From contig JBCCXZ010000005.1 of the NCBI GenBank assembly GCA_039190745.1, positions 35,506 through 99,505 on the forward strand: a DNA stretch of 64,000 bases, given 5' to 3'. Position numbers and translations under genes: made by a program. The notes beneath the pieces were generated by a model. The model had not been told where the DNA came from and did not search any database. It worked only from the letters and a program-made list of their open reading frames with translations. Below, piece by piece: positions 1-9,855 of the stretch. This DNA comes from Planctomycetota bacterium (GTDB lineage: Bacteria; Planctomycetota; Planctomycetia; Pirellulales; Lacipirellulaceae). How positions within the stretch are numbered: position 1 is the stretch's first letter; every line of letters begins with the position of its first letter.

Positions 1-189
1 CGCAACCGCACGTACCTCGTCCGCAGCCAAGGCCGCCGAGGGCACGAACGCGGCAGCTGGTTCTTCGACGAAGAGTGGACCGACTACGGCGGCCGGCTCT
101 ACAGCACCACCATGGCGATCCTCACCCTCGAGGTCTACTACCGCTACCTGCCAATGTACGGCGACGCGTTCATCGGCGAGGCGCCGTAG
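1..189 (+). CDS. 3' end of a prenyltransferase/squalene-oxidase-repeat (terpene cyclase-like fold) protein, partial
   Basis: Frame 1 reads RNRTYLVRSQGRRGHERGSWFFDEEWTDYGGRLYSTTMAILTLEVYYRYLPMYGDAFIGEAP*. The GSW..GGRLYST..A.LTLEVYYRYLP ending is typical of planctomycete prenyltransferase-repeat proteins. Not in the supplied ORF track. Confidence 0.75.
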   Translation, partial: RNRTYLVRSQGRRGHERGSWFFDEEWTDYGGRLYSTTMAILTLEVYYRYLPMYGDAFIGEAP

Positions 190-230
190 GAGAGAAGTGG
201 GAGTGGGAGCGGGGAGTTGGGGGAACTCTT

Positions 231-500
231 TGTGGGAGGCCTCTCCGAGGCCGATTACACTTTGCAACCGTCCCTAGCCGCCGACCTACGCGTCGGCGGC
301 CCGCCCCACGGGTGGCACGGACTGTCGGCCGCGGTAGACTCTGCCAGCAAGAGAAATCTGTTCGGCCGATTGTCCGTGTGCGCAGCACAGAAGGCAAACC
401 CGCCGAATCCTCGGTAACACGGGCATCTTGCCAGTGCCACCCGTCGCAGTGTGAATCCAACCCGACTCACCCCTGCTGGGCAAGCCAGCAGTGCCACCCG
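231..500. repeat. Cluster of REP-like palindromic intergenic repeats
   Basis: CAGTGCCACCCG occurs twice (432-443 and 489-500) with an inverted copy CGGGTGGCAC (309-318). Hairpins: GGCCTCtccGAGGCC, CCGCCGACctacgcGTCGGCGG, CTGCTGGgcaagCCAGCAG. Confidence 0.6.
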
Positions 501-503
501 CTC

Positions 504-1232
504 ATGCCGCTGCACCCACTAGCCCGAGACTCGCCCATCCCGATCATCCCCGTGATCGACCTGATGGGCGGCAAAGTCGTCCGCGCCATCCGCGGCGACC
601 GGGCGAACTACCGCCCCTGGCACTCGCACGTCTGCCCCACCGCCGACCCGCTCGAAGCCGCCGCCAACCTCACGGCGATGACCGGCCAGCGCCGCCTCTA
701 CGTCGCCGACCTCGACGCCATCGCCGGCGACCGCACGACGAACGCCGAGATCGTCCACAGGCTCGCCGCCAAGTACGACCTGCTGCTCGACCCCGGCATC
801 CGCACCGCGGCCGACGCAGCGTCGCTGCCCGAGTTGGGAAATGGCCAACTCGTCGTCGGCTCCGAGACGCTCGCGGATTGGGAGACGCTCGCCATGCTGG
901 CGGAGGATCGCCCGAATGGGGTGGCGTTCAGTTTTGACCTGCGCGGTGGGCGGCTGATGGGGAGCGCTCGTGAGGCAATATCGCCTGGCGAGGCAGCTTC
1001 ACGCGTTTCCGACAGCGGCGTGTTAGATGTGATCGCATTGGAGCTGGAGCAAGTCGGTACTGCGTCAGGACCCAACAGCCTTATTGAGTCCGTGACTGGC
1101 GTGCGTGACGCTTTGCCGCGAGTGGAGCTTATGGCCGGTGGCGGCATCAAGATCCTTGGTGACATCAGGAAGCTCGCGGAGCTCGGCTGCAGTGCATCGC
1201 TGATCGCTACTGCGTTGCATGACCTACGCTAA
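504..1232 (+). CDS. HisA/HisF-related TIM-barrel protein (type associated with H4MPT/methanofuran C1 gene sets)
   Basis: IIPVIDLMGGKVVRAIRGDRANYRP, LYVADLDAI, VVGSETL, SFDLRGG, VGTASGP, AGGGI, ATALH. Start moved to ATG 504 because the upstream part of the ORF lies in repeat sequence. Confidence 0.85.
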   Translation: MPLHPLARDSPIPIIPVIDLMGGKVVRAIRGDRANYRPWHSHVCPTADPLEAAANLTAMTGQRRLYVADLDAIAGDRTTNAEIVHRLAAKYDLLLDPGIRTAADAASLPELGNGQLVVGSETLADWETLAMLAEDRPNGVAFSFDLRGGRLMGSAREAISPGEAASRVSDSGVLDVIALELEQVGTASGPNSLIESVTGVRDALPRVELMAGGGIKILGDIRKLAELGCSASLIATALHDLR

Positions 1233-1358
1233 GACCACCCCAGGACGCACCGATTTTTGCTATGCTTCGGTCGCACACGACATAACACTTCTTCGACTCG
1301 ACTATATACAAGGCACGGTTTCAGTGCGCGCAAGTGCGTTACTTCGGCACCGCGAAAG

Positions 1359-2165
1359 TCATGCCTTCTCCTTGCGGGAGCTTGTCCAGTACCCCCACAG
1401 TATGTCGGGAATCTGACTCTCAATCTGAAAAAACGCAGAATCATATCCCTCGAACGCTTCTTCATCCTCATCCGTGATCGCATCTAGCTGAGAATCAAAC
1501 ACATTACAATCTGCCGATGGTTCGCCATCTGGAAACAGCGCGAACACAGGAGCAAATACGTCACGCAGGATAGACGACTCTATATCTTTGAGTGAAGTAA
1601 GCATATCGCAGGATTCCGGCCCAACATTCGAAAGGTAGCCGTAGAAACCATTGCACTGTATCTGCCACTTTGCTTGCATTACGACCCACACGTTTCTTGA
1701 ACGGGTGTCCATTCCTTCAACGCTCGAGTCTGCGCGAGAGTAGAGATCGTTGAGGATTTCCAGTAACTCATCGAAGGTACTGGCGACACTTGGATCGGGC
1801 TGTTCCGTTACAATGACAACGTGTTTGTACTCATCCGGCGGGTCACTGAGAATCACACATCTAGCATAGCTGTGCTTCTCCGACCTGAGAGTTACGACGA
1901 TTTCTTGCTCTGGGTTGTATGTACCTACTCTAGATGAAATCGCCACACTCGAGACGCCATCAAGGCCAAGCAGATGCGACACTTCGTGAGTAGTCAGGTA
2001 AGGAGTTTCACTCGGTTGTGGAATTGGCTTATCGACATCTATAAAGAAAGTACCTCGCCGCTTGTTGGTAAACCCAGTTCGCGCTTGGCTACAGTACTCT
2101 GGCCACTCAGCGTAGATAGACGCTGAGGCTGAATCAATAAGATGTTCTAGTTCTTGTGAGCGCAT
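1359..2165 (-). CDS. Hypothetical protein with C-terminal DUF4375/DMP19-like acidic domain
   Basis: C-terminal WQIQCNGFYGYLSN...YDSAFF motif and a very acidic tail resemble DUF4375. Visibly AT-richer than flanking genes. Confidence 0.6.
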   Translation of the reverse strand: MRSQELEHLIDSASASIYAEWPEYCSQARTGFTNKRRGTFFIDVDKPIPQPSETPYLTTHEVSHLLGLDGVSSVAISSRVGTYNPEQEIVVTLRSEKHSYARCVILSDPPDEYKHVVIVTEQPDPSVASTFDELLEILNDLYSRADSSVEGMDTRSRNVWVVMQAKWQIQCNGFYGYLSNVGPESCDMLTSLKDIESSILRDVFAPVFALFPDGEPSADCNVFDSQLDAITDEDEEAFEGYDSAFFQIESQIPDILWGYWTSSRKEKA

Positions 2166-2452
2166 GGCTTTACCGCTTAACGATCAGACTGAGTGATTTT
2201 GCTACAGGCGAATACCTGCAACAAACTACTTCCTCTGTGACCAAGCAAGGCCCAGAAACCCACTAAACCTGCGCGGCGTATTCTCGTATTCTTCTTGCAA
2301 TCGCTATCGGTCTGCTTGTGTTCGTGAACAAGGGCGGCACGGCGTCTTGTCTGGCGCTGACTTCGCTGTCGAGAAAACCCGATAGGGAAGTCATCAGCGT
2401 GCGAACCACAGAACGAAACTTCAGGCCTAGACTGTCACCGTCGATTCCCCTG

Positions 2453-3244
2453 CTAAGGCCACTCCGGCTCCCGCCCTTCCAGGTGAGCCGCAATCCCCTC
2501 CCGCGCCGCTTCAGTCGTCCGCGCCGTCGCGCTCATTGCGGCGCCGGCCGAGATCTTAGTTGACAGCCCCTCCGCAACCACCTCGCTCAACAGCCGCTTC
2601 GTGAGCTGCACCGCCTCCGGCGCCCCGGCGGCGCAGGCTTCGCCCAGCTCGGTCGCGCGGGCCCAGACCTTGTCGTTGGGCACCACCTCGTGGAACAGGT
2701 TCAGCCGCACCGCCGCGGCGGCGTCGAGCTCCTCGCCGGTCAGTAGAAGCTTGCCGGCCAACCCGCTGCCGATGCGGGCACACAGCAACGGCCCCGCCGC
2801 TCCGGCCACTAGCCCGCGTCGCACGTCCGGCAACGAGAACGTCGCGGTCTCGCCGGCGACGACGATGTCGCTCGCCGCCACCAGCCCCGCCCCCGACGAA
2901 ACCGCCGGGCCGTTCACCGCCGCGATGATCGGCTTGGTGATCTCCAGCATCCGCCCCAGCAGGTCGCGGTAAGCGGTCGCTTCCTCGCCCCACCCGCTAA
3001 CCGCGTCGGGCTGGTCGCTGTTGCTCTGCACCTCGCCGAGGTCATCCCCCTCGCAGAAGGCGTCGCCGGCGCCGGTCAGCACGATCGCCCGCACCCGTTT
3101 CTCGTAGTAAAGGTCGTCCAGAATGTCCGCCAGCCCGCGGACCATGGAGCGTGTGAGGGCGTTGCCCGCGTCGGGCCGGTTGAGGATGACGGTCCCCGTC
3201 TGGCCGACGACCTTTACCAGAATCGCGTCGCTCTGCATGAACAC
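2453..3244 (-). CDS. Enoyl-CoA hydratase/isomerase (crotonase) family protein
   Basis: LNRPDAGNALT, VLTGAGDAFCEGDDL, KPIIAAVNGPA, LPDVRRGLVAG, EAAREGIAAHLEGREPEW. Confidence 0.9.
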   Translation of the reverse strand: MFMQSDAILVKVVGQTGTVILNRPDAGNALTRSMVRGLADILDDLYYEKRVRAIVLTGAGDAFCEGDDLGEVQSNSDQPDAVSGWGEEATAYRDLLGRMLEITKPIIAAVNGPAVSSGAGLVAASDIVVAGETATFSLPDVRRGLVAGAAGPLLCARIGSGLAGKLLLTGEELDAAAAVRLNLFHEVVPNDKVWARATELGEACAAGAPEAVQLTKRLLSEVVAEGLSTKISAGAAMSATARTTEAAREGIAAHLEGREPEWP

Positions 3245-3274
3245 GGCGTCTCCTCCGCCCAGTCGCTCTGTTGC

Positions 3275-4456
3275 CTAGTACCACTCCGAGGCCGGCCGCG
3301 TGTCGATCGAGACCGACACCGAATCCCGCGGGACCGAGGCCCACTCGACGCTCGACTCGCGAAACACCGACGGCCACGGTCCGACGACATCATACCCGCT
3401 CGCGCCCGCTTGGGCGCCTAGAGACGCAACGGCTGCGGCGAACGCCCGACAGTGTTCGGCCTCGTTCGACCTGCAGAACACAACGGCCGTATTTTCCTTT
3501 CCGGCAATCAGGCGTACCTCGACAGTCGCGTCGGTCTGTCCGGCCAGAACCTGCTTCAGGTCTTCCGCCAGGTTCTCTGTGGCGTCGTCGGTCGGTTGGA
3601 CCAGCACCGGCGACGCGACATACCCCGATACCCGCTCCACCGCGGCCGGCCACCGCCCGTGCACATCGGCCGGCTTGGCGCCGCTGATGCGGCAAGCACC
3701 CCCGGGGGCTGGTTGCAGGTCCAACCCTATGAAGTCTGCATCGAAGTCGGCCCCGGGCACGACCCCGTGCGGCAATCGCAGTCGGAGGTCTTCGGCCGAC
3801 AGCGGCAAGAGCAGCGAACCGTCTGCAATCACCTCGCCGGCGCAGTGCGTGCCGACGAACCGGGCCGCGAGCGATGCCCCGACGAGTGCTTCGACTTCTT
3901 CCCAACCCCAACCGTGGTAGACCGCGGCGGCCGCTTGGAGCGGCGCGGCCGCGTCGTGCCGGCTGGTGATCACCACCTGGGCCCCCTCGGAGAGCGCCTT
4001 CGCGATCGGCCCCGCGCCCAGCTGTGCCCGAGCCGAGACCACGGCCGAGTCGGGCAGGCCCGGCAGCACGCCCGAGTCCGCCTCAGAGCCTATCGCCTCC
4101 TCCGCCGCGGCGAGCAAATCCCCCCCGGCCACCCACGAGACCAACACGTCGCCGCAGCCGCCCTCACGAAGCGTCGCCGCGACCGCCTCGACGCACGCCA
4201 CGCCCCCCCACCCGCCTCCGTCGCTGATCACCCGCAGGCCCGTCCCCAAGAAGAACGGCTTGATCAGCGCCCGCGTCGCGGTAATCAACCCGCGTGCGTA
4301 GTCGTCCCGGCCGTAACGCTTCACCGCCCCATCAACAGGCCAGCACCCCGGCCACCGGTAGTCGAGTTGCACGACGCACTCGCCCAGCGAATCGACCGCC
4401 GCCGGCAAGCCGGGGTCGAACCCCGCCGGGTCGCTAACACTGCGGTGGAACTTCAT
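3275..4456 (-). CDS. Divergent acyclic terpene utilization AtuA-like (DUF1446) protein
   Basis: GGDLL...SARAQLGAGPIAKALSEGAQVVITSRHDAA..YHGWGWE resembles the AtuA core (AYLGA.PI..AL..GAD.VITGR..D). Co-oriented directly upstream of the crotonase. Confidence 0.6.
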   Translation of the reverse strand: MKFHRSVSDPAGFDPGLPAAVDSLGECVVQLDYRWPGCWPVDGAVKRYGRDDYARGLITATRALIKPFFLGTGLRVISDGGGWGGVACVEAVAATLREGGCGDVLVSWVAGGDLLAAAEEAIGSEADSGVLPGLPDSAVVSARAQLGAGPIAKALSEGAQVVITSRHDAAAPLQAAAAVYHGWGWEEVEALVGASLAARFVGTHCAGEVIADGSLLLPLSAEDLRLRLPHGVVPGADFDADFIGLDLQPAPGGACRISGAKPADVHGRWPAAVERVSGYVASPVLVQPTDDATENLAEDLKQVLAGQTDATVEVRLIAGKENTAVVFCRSNEAEHCRAFAAAVASLGAQAGASGYDVVGPWPSVFRESSVEWASVPRDSVSVSIDTRPASEWY

Positions 4457-4702
4457 CCACTCCGCCTCGGGTTACTGTCCTGCCGGTTGTGCCAATCGTG
4501 TCCGGCGGTGCCTTCTGGCTACTCGGTGAGAAAACGCCACGCCGCTTGAGTCGCAAAGGCCACCGCCGCAGGCCATGCCCAGCCCGCTTTCTCGTCAAAC
4601 CGCTGGAAAAACAGCCTCCGACGCAATCTCCCTCTCCACGGCACACCCGCTGCTTACTCCTCTGCCGTCCGAAGCCGTCACCCGCGCACCGAGGAAAACG
4701 CC

Positions 4703-6280
4703 GTGGCAAGCAGAACGTCGAAACAACCGCGTGTCAACGAAACCCAAGCCGGAAAGCCCCGAGGCGGGAAGCGCGGCAAACCGAGCGCATCACCAGCGGA
4801 CGCCGGGAAGGAAGACGTGCTACAGGCTTCTGCCAACACGCACGACGACCACCACGACAGCGAGTACGACGACCACGAGGGCCCCGCGATCGAAGACCCG
4901 GTCCGCATGTACCTCATGCAGATGGGCGAGATCCCCATGCTCAACCGCGCTTCGGAAATCGAAGCCGCCAAAGCGATCGAGCTCACACGCCTCCGCTTCC
5001 GCCGGACGATGCTCTGCAACGACTTCATCCTACACGGAGCCGTCGAGCTGCTCGCGAAGGTCGCCGACGGTTCGCTGCGGCTCGACCGGACGATCGAGAT
5101 CTCCGTCACCAACACCGCCGAGAAGCGTCGCATCCTGCAACGGATCGAGCCGAACCTGGTGACCATCCGGGCCCTGCTCCACGAGAACCACGCCGACTAC
5201 CGGACCGCCGTGAGCCGCAAAACCACGCCCGCAGCAAAACGCGACGCCTGGCGCCGGCTGATCATCCGCCGCAACAAAGTCATCCGGCTCGTCGAAGAAC
5301 TCAACCTCCGCCTGCAGCGGCTCACCCCGCTGATGGACCGGCTGCACGAGATCAACGAGCGGATGCAGGTCATCAAGAGTCAGCTCTCCGACCCGGCACA
5401 GATGCTCCACCCCGGGCAGCAACTCGAGCTGCGGCAGGAGCTGCACTACCTGATGCGGATCACGCTCGAAAGCCCCGCCACGCTGGGCCGCCTCGTCTCT
5501 CGCACCATCGAACGCAAAGGCCGGTACGACGCCGCCAAACGCGACCTCTCCGCCGCCAACCTGCGGCTAGTCGTCTCGATCGCCAAACGGTACCGCAACC
5601 GCGGCATGAGCTTCCTCGACCTCATCCAGGAGGGCAACACCGGCCTGATGCGAGCGGTCGACAAGTTCGAGCACGCCCGCGGCTACAAGTTCTCCACGTA
5701 CGCCACGTGGTGGATCCGGCAAGCGATCACCCGCGCCATCGCCGACCAGAGCCGCACCATCCGCCTGCCGGTGCACATGATCGACACCATGAGCAAACTC
5801 CGGCAGGCCACGAGCGACTTCGTCCAAGAACACGGCCGAGAGCCGAACCCCGAGGAGATCGCCGACATCGCCGGCCTCTCGGTAGAAGACGCCCGCGTGG
5901 TGCACAAGATGACCCGCCAACCGCTGTCGCTCGACCAGCCGGTGGGCGACCACGAAGACAACTACTTCGGCGAGTTCCTCGAAGAACAGCGCGACGAAGA
6001 CCCTCTCTACGAGACGCACATGGAAGCCCTGAAAGACCGCCTCGAACAGGTCATGAACGAGCTCACCTACCGCGAGCGAGAAATCCTCCGCCTCCGCTAC
6101 GGCCTGGCCGACGGTTTCACTTACACGCTCGAAGAGGTCGGCAAAATCTTCAGCGTCACCCGCGAGCGCGTCCGCCAGATCGAGAGCAAGGCGGTGCGTA
6201 AGCTCCAGTCGCCCTACCGCTCACGCTCGCTGGCCGGCTTCCTCGACGGCGTCGACCCAGAGCCGGTCGACGCCGTGTAG
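4703..6280 (+). CDS. RNA polymerase sigma-70 factor, RpoD/SigA family (no obvious full region 1.1)
   Basis: Region 1.2 [16 protein letters not shown]; region 2 [38 protein letters not shown] and [31 protein letters not shown]; region 4 [20 protein letters not shown]. Confidence 0.95.
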   Translation: MASRTSKQPRVNETQAGKPRGGKRGKPSASPADAGKEDVLQASANTHDDHHDSEYDDHEGPAIEDPVRMYLMQMGEIPMLNRASEIEAAKAIELTRLRFRRTMLCNDFILHGAVELLAKVADGSLRLDRTIEISVTNTAEKRRILQRIEPNLVTIRALLHENHADYRTAVSRKTTPAAKRDAWRRLIIRRNKVIRLVEELNLRLQRLTPLMDRLHEINERMQVIKSQLSDPAQMLHPGQQLELRQELHYLMRITLESPATLGRLVSRTIERKGRYDAAKRDLSAANLRLVVSIAKRYRNRGMSFLDLIQEGNTGLMRAVDKFEHARGYKFSTYATWWIRQAITRAIADQSRTIRLPVHMIDTMSKLRQATSDFVQEHGREPNPEEIADIAGLSVEDARVVHKMTRQPLSLDQPVGDHEDNYFGEFLEEQRDEDPLYETHMEALKDRLEQVMNELTYREREILRLRYGLADGFTYTLEEVGKIFSVTRERVRQIESKAVRKLQSPYRSRSLAGFLDGVDPEPVDAV

Positions 6281-6521
6281 CGGCTGCGTCTATATGGGCG
6301 AAGAGCGCAAGGCTCCGTACACCTCGCACGCCTTGCATTGGGGCCGGCCGCAGCTAGCGACCCGTGCCGCATCGTTCGGTTTGACCTACGACTCTCTGTT
6401 GCGTGATACTATTTTTCACGCGGTCTAGGGTGCCCACCCGCGGATGCCTTTGGGCCGCACTTATCCGGTAGTATCTTGCCCGAGGGCGCACGCGCCCCAT
6501 CAGCAGCAGTGAGGCACGATC

Positions 6522-8165
6522 ATGAGAGGCCTTTTGATCGCGGCAGTTTTTGCTTTTTTCTCCGTCTCCGTCGCAACCGCACAGACCTACCGCTACGAAG
6601 CCGAGAACGGCTCGCTCGCCGGCAACGGCACTTCCATCCAGAACAACGGCGGAGCCTCCGGTTCCCAGTACGTCCGCTTCAACAGCGGCGACGCGGGCAA
6701 CGCCGTGACCGTCAGCCCCACCGACCTCCCCGACGGTCTCTACGAATTGTGGGTCGGCTTCCGCACCCCCTTCGGCGAGAAGGGCTACTACTTCGACGTC
6801 GGCGGCGTCTCCGGCAGCGGCATGTTCGACGCCTCCTCGGCGTTCAGCGAAGACCTCGCCGGGCTGTTCGCCGTCGACGGCGGCCTCGGCGCCGCCTCGG
6901 TCTCCCAGTTCTGGGGCTACCACGACATCGACTTCCTCGAGTTCCGCCCCTACCAGCCCACCGAAGTGCTCCCGGTGCCGGCGACGCTGGTCAACGAGAA
7001 CGCCGACCTCCGTACCCGCCAGCTCATGCGTTACCTCACCGACATCTACGGCGAGAAAACCCTCAGCGGCCTGCAGCACGACGTCCACTCCGGAACCAAC
7101 ACGTTCCCGCCGACCAGCTACGCCTCGAAGTCGGGCGGGCTGCTCCCCGCCGTCCGCGGCTCGGACCTCATGAACTACTCGCCGACCCGCGTGCAGTTCG
7201 GCCAGTCCGCCCACGACGAGGTCGAAGACACCATCGCCTGGGCCCAGCAAACCGGCGGGGTCGTCACCATGATGTGGCACTGGAACGCCCCCGACGACCT
7301 CATCAACCAGCCCGGTATGGAGTGGTGGCGCGGCTTCTACACCGACTCCACCACGTTCGACCTCGCCGGCGCCCTCAGCAACCCCGGCGGAGCCGACTAC
7401 GGCAAGATCATCAGCGACATCGACGCCATCGCCGTGCAGCTGCAGAAGCTGGAAGACGCCAACATCCCCGTCATCTGGCGCCCGCTGCACGAGGCCGAAG
7501 GCGGCTGGTTCTGGTGGGGCGCCCACGGAGCCGACAACTTCAAGGCCCTCTGGAACATCACCTACGACCGCCTCACCAACCACCACGGCCTCGACAATCT
7601 CATCTGGGAATTCACCGACCTGGGCGACCCCGAGTGGTACCCAGGCGACGACGTCGTCGACATGATCGGCTTAGACATCTACACCGACCCCACCGACAAC
7701 ATGAGCGGCCCGTGGCTCGACGCCCTCGAGCGCTACAACGGCAACAAGCCCATCGCCCTCTCCGAGTCCGGCACGCTGCCCGACGCCGACGAGATGGAGC
7801 AGTGGGGCATCGCCTGGAACTACTTCGCCACCTGGAACGGCTTCGACAGCGCCTTCACCGCCCAGCAGCTGCAGGAGACCCTCGGCGACGAAGACATCCT
7901 CACCCTCGACGAACTCCCCTGGTTCCCCTGGGCCAACACGCTCCCAACCGACGGCGACTACGACAACGACGGCGACACCGACGTCCACGACCTCCTCTGG
8001 TGGCAACGCTGGGACGGCTCCGCCGAAGGCCTGTCGAGCATCGAGGACAACGCCGGACAAGGCTCCACGGCAGCGAATGTCGCGACAACCCCCGAGCCAA
8101 CCGCCGCAGTCCTCGCCGTGCTCGCCGTAGCCGGCTTCGTGCACACCCGCAGACGCACGCTCTAG
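6522..8165 (+). CDS. Secreted GH26 beta-mannanase with N-terminal CBM35-like module, dockerin-like repeat and PEP-CTERM tail
   Basis: Signal peptide; YEAENG; MWHWNAP; WRPLHEAEGGWFWWG (acid/base); WYPGDDVVDMIGLDIY; ALSESG (nucleophile); DGDYDNDGDTDVHDLLWWQR; TPEPTAAVLAVLAVAGFVHTRRR. Confidence 0.92.
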   Translation: MRGLLIAAVFAFFSVSVATAQTYRYEAENGSLAGNGTSIQNNGGASGSQYVRFNSGDAGNAVTVSPTDLPDGLYELWVGFRTPFGEKGYYFDVGGVSGSGMFDASSAFSEDLAGLFAVDGGLGAASVSQFWGYHDIDFLEFRPYQPTEVLPVPATLVNENADLRTRQLMRYLTDIYGEKTLSGLQHDVHSGTNTFPPTSYASKSGGLLPAVRGSDLMNYSPTRVQFGQSAHDEVEDTIAWAQQTGGVVTMMWHWNAPDDLINQPGMEWWRGFYTDSTTFDLAGALSNPGGADYGKIISDIDAIAVQLQKLEDANIPVIWRPLHEAEGGWFWWGAHGADNFKALWNITYDRLTNHHGLDNLIWEFTDLGDPEWYPGDDVVDMIGLDIYTDPTDNMSGPWLDALERYNGNKPIALSESGTLPDADEMEQWGIAWNYFATWNGFDSAFTAQQLQETLGDEDILTLDELPWFPWANTLPTDGDYDNDGDTDVHDLLWWQRWDGSAEGLSSIEDNAGQGSTAANVATTPEPTAAVLAVLAVAGFVHTRRRTL

Positions 8166-8171
8166 GCGTGG

Positions 8172-8191
8172 GATGGGTGTATCCACCCATC
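8172..8191 (+). terminator. Hairpin after the GH26 gene (terminator or REP-like)
   Basis: GATGGGTG-tatc-CACCCATC, a perfect 8-bp stem just after the stop, with only a weak U-tract. Confidence 0.45.
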
Positions 8192-8417
8192 ACTTCTCAG
8201 ACCGTCCATTAGACGCCGATGGACATGCGCGCTTACCCCCACGTCACTGCTGAGGTTCTAGATACTTCTGGAAGTTTGCCACTGCGAAGTGGCACGCCGA
8301 GAAGGAGCAGAGTTCGACCGAACCGACCACAAACCACCGATGTGTTTGTGTACGACCGATTCAGCGCCTGCGCGGGCGATTGCCTAGGCGGACAATCCCG
8401 CGAAGCCATCCGCTACT

Positions 8418-8432
8418 TGCAATCTGATTGCA
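8418..8432. promoter_or_regulatory. Perfect 7-1-7 palindrome, candidate Fur-family (Zur-like) operator
   Basis: TGCAATC-T-GATTGCA upstream of the thioredoxin-like and DUF1826 genes. Confidence 0.55.
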
Positions 8433-8499
8433 TGTGGGTACGATATGCGTGAACGAGCCAACCGTGCTCACGTACCTTGTATCTACGGCAGCGGAACCG

Positions 8500-9108
8500 A
8501 TGTTGTCCCGAAGTCTTGCACGCTTGCTAAGCCGACCTGAGACCGCGAACAAACGGCAAGTCATTCGACTTCGCTCATGGCTTGCTGCCCCAGGCGGACG
8601 AACCACGCCGCGAATCCGCGCTGAAGCAATAGCCAACAGGTTCCTTGCCTCACAGGTAGCTCTTTGCTTCCTGCTGGTAGCGACCGGCTGTCGCGTTGCC
8701 CGCAACTCACAGCCCGATCCCAGGACTATCGAATCTGTTTCTTACGTGACGGTAGACGAACTGGCCGCTTCGCTGTCTACGGACAGTGACTCTACGGACA
8801 GGAACGTTGTGCTTGTCGAGTTCTGCGTTCCTTCTGGTTGCCCCCGTTGTGATGAGATGCGCGCCCCTATCGACCGGTTGGCGAGCGACCAAGGACAGCG
8901 GCTTGAGGTTCAACGCGTGAATCTCCGCCGCGAGCCCGCCGTCGCTTGGGAGCTGGGAGTCACCGTTTGCCCGAGCTACATCGCGTTTCGTGACGGTCAA
9001 GAGGTGTTTCGGGCGGCTTACCCGACATCCGCCGAACGCATTGCCGCGGAACTCGAAGAGTGCCTGGACATGTCTCCAGCCGATCCGCAGGTATTCGCCG
9101 AACGCTAA
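8500..9108 (+). CDS. Thioredoxin-fold protein, probably exported/lipoprotein; start uncertain
   Basis: VVLVEFCVPSGCPRCDEM (CxxC plus an extra Cys), VTVCPSYIAFRDGQEV (cis-Pro loop), hydrophobic VALCFLLVATGC lipobox-like segment. Confidence 0.7.
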   Translation: MLSRSLARLLSRPETANKRQVIRLRSWLAAPGGRTTPRIRAEAIANRFLASQVALCFLLVATGCRVARNSQPDPRTIESVSYVTVDELAASLSTDSDSTDRNVVLVEFCVPSGCPRCDEMRAPIDRLASDQGQRLEVQRVNLRREPAVAWELGVTVCPSYIAFRDGQEVFRAAYPTSAERIAAELEECLDMSPADPQVFAER

Positions 9109-9303
9109 CCAACGGGCGTAATCCAACAACGTGAGGGCCTGCCATAACGAGAAACCCTCCCACCTCTGGCCCTGGAGCACGACCGACAGGGCCACACATA
9201 GCCAAGGTTCATTTTGAGGCCCGCGTGCGCCACCCCGAATCAGCGGCTTGGAAGCACCCGCTTTGATCGTGCGCAGTATTGGATTAGGAGGACGAGAACG
9301 CAC

Positions 9304-9855
9304 ATGCACCCTGTTGCAACAGAAACCATCACCGCCTGGAACGCAGAAACGGTAGCTGATTTCGCCGCCGGCAGCCCTGACATCCTGGTGCTGAAACGAC
9401 CCCCACTAAACAACCTCGGCCCGGTTGTCCAGGCAGGGCGCATCCACGAGTTCCTGGCGACCGTCCGTCGCCAGAAGATCGCTCTAGAGGTCCGAGCCGG
9501 GCTGGGCGAGTTTCGAATCAGGTCGCCCGAATTGGCGTCCGACCTCATCAACCTGCTAACTTCGTTCCTCGACCAGTTTGACCTGCCGGAAGCCAGGCTC
9601 CGGATCGAGATCTCTCGGTCGCAGCCGTGTCCAAAGTTCCACAGCGATAACATCCACGTACGGATGGTCACCACCTACGTCGGCCCAACCACCGAGTACC
9701 AGTACGCCGGAGAGAGCACCACCCACGCCGCCCCGCTGCAAGGGCTTGTGTTCCTCAAAGGGAACCATCACCCCACCCACCACGACACGGTGCACCACCG
9801 CTCGCCAGAGGTACCGGCCGGCGAAAAACGCTTATGCGTGGCGATCGACTACTAG
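9304..9855 (+). CDS. DUF1826 domain-containing protein
   Basis: CPKFHSDNIHVRMVTTYVGPTTEY, VFLKG and HRSP match the DUF1826 pattern (CPRFH.D...RL..TY.G.GTEW / LKG / HRSP). AGGAGG lies upstream. Confidence 0.85.
   Translation: MHPVATETITAWNAETVADFAAGSPDILVLKRPPLNNLGPVVQAGRIHEFLATVRRQKIALEVRAGLGEFRIRSPELASDLINLLTSFLDQFDLPEARLRIEISRSQPCPKFHSDNIHVRMVTTYVGPTTEYQYAGESTTHAAPLQGLVFLKGNHHPTHHDTVHHRSPEVPAGEKRLCVAIDY

Noticed and set aside
75..503. N-terminal extension of the 385-aa ORF
   Set aside because: Overlaps the upstream gene in another frame and runs through REP-like repeats; homology begins near 504.
4489..8212. Long alternative-frame ORFs (4489-6201, 6354-7586, 6476-8212) and similar ones elsewhere (e.g. 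40400-41677, 51126-52610, 53834-55147)
   Set aside because: Shadow ORFs of high-GC genes: R/P/G-rich or antisense to well-supported CDS, with no motifs.
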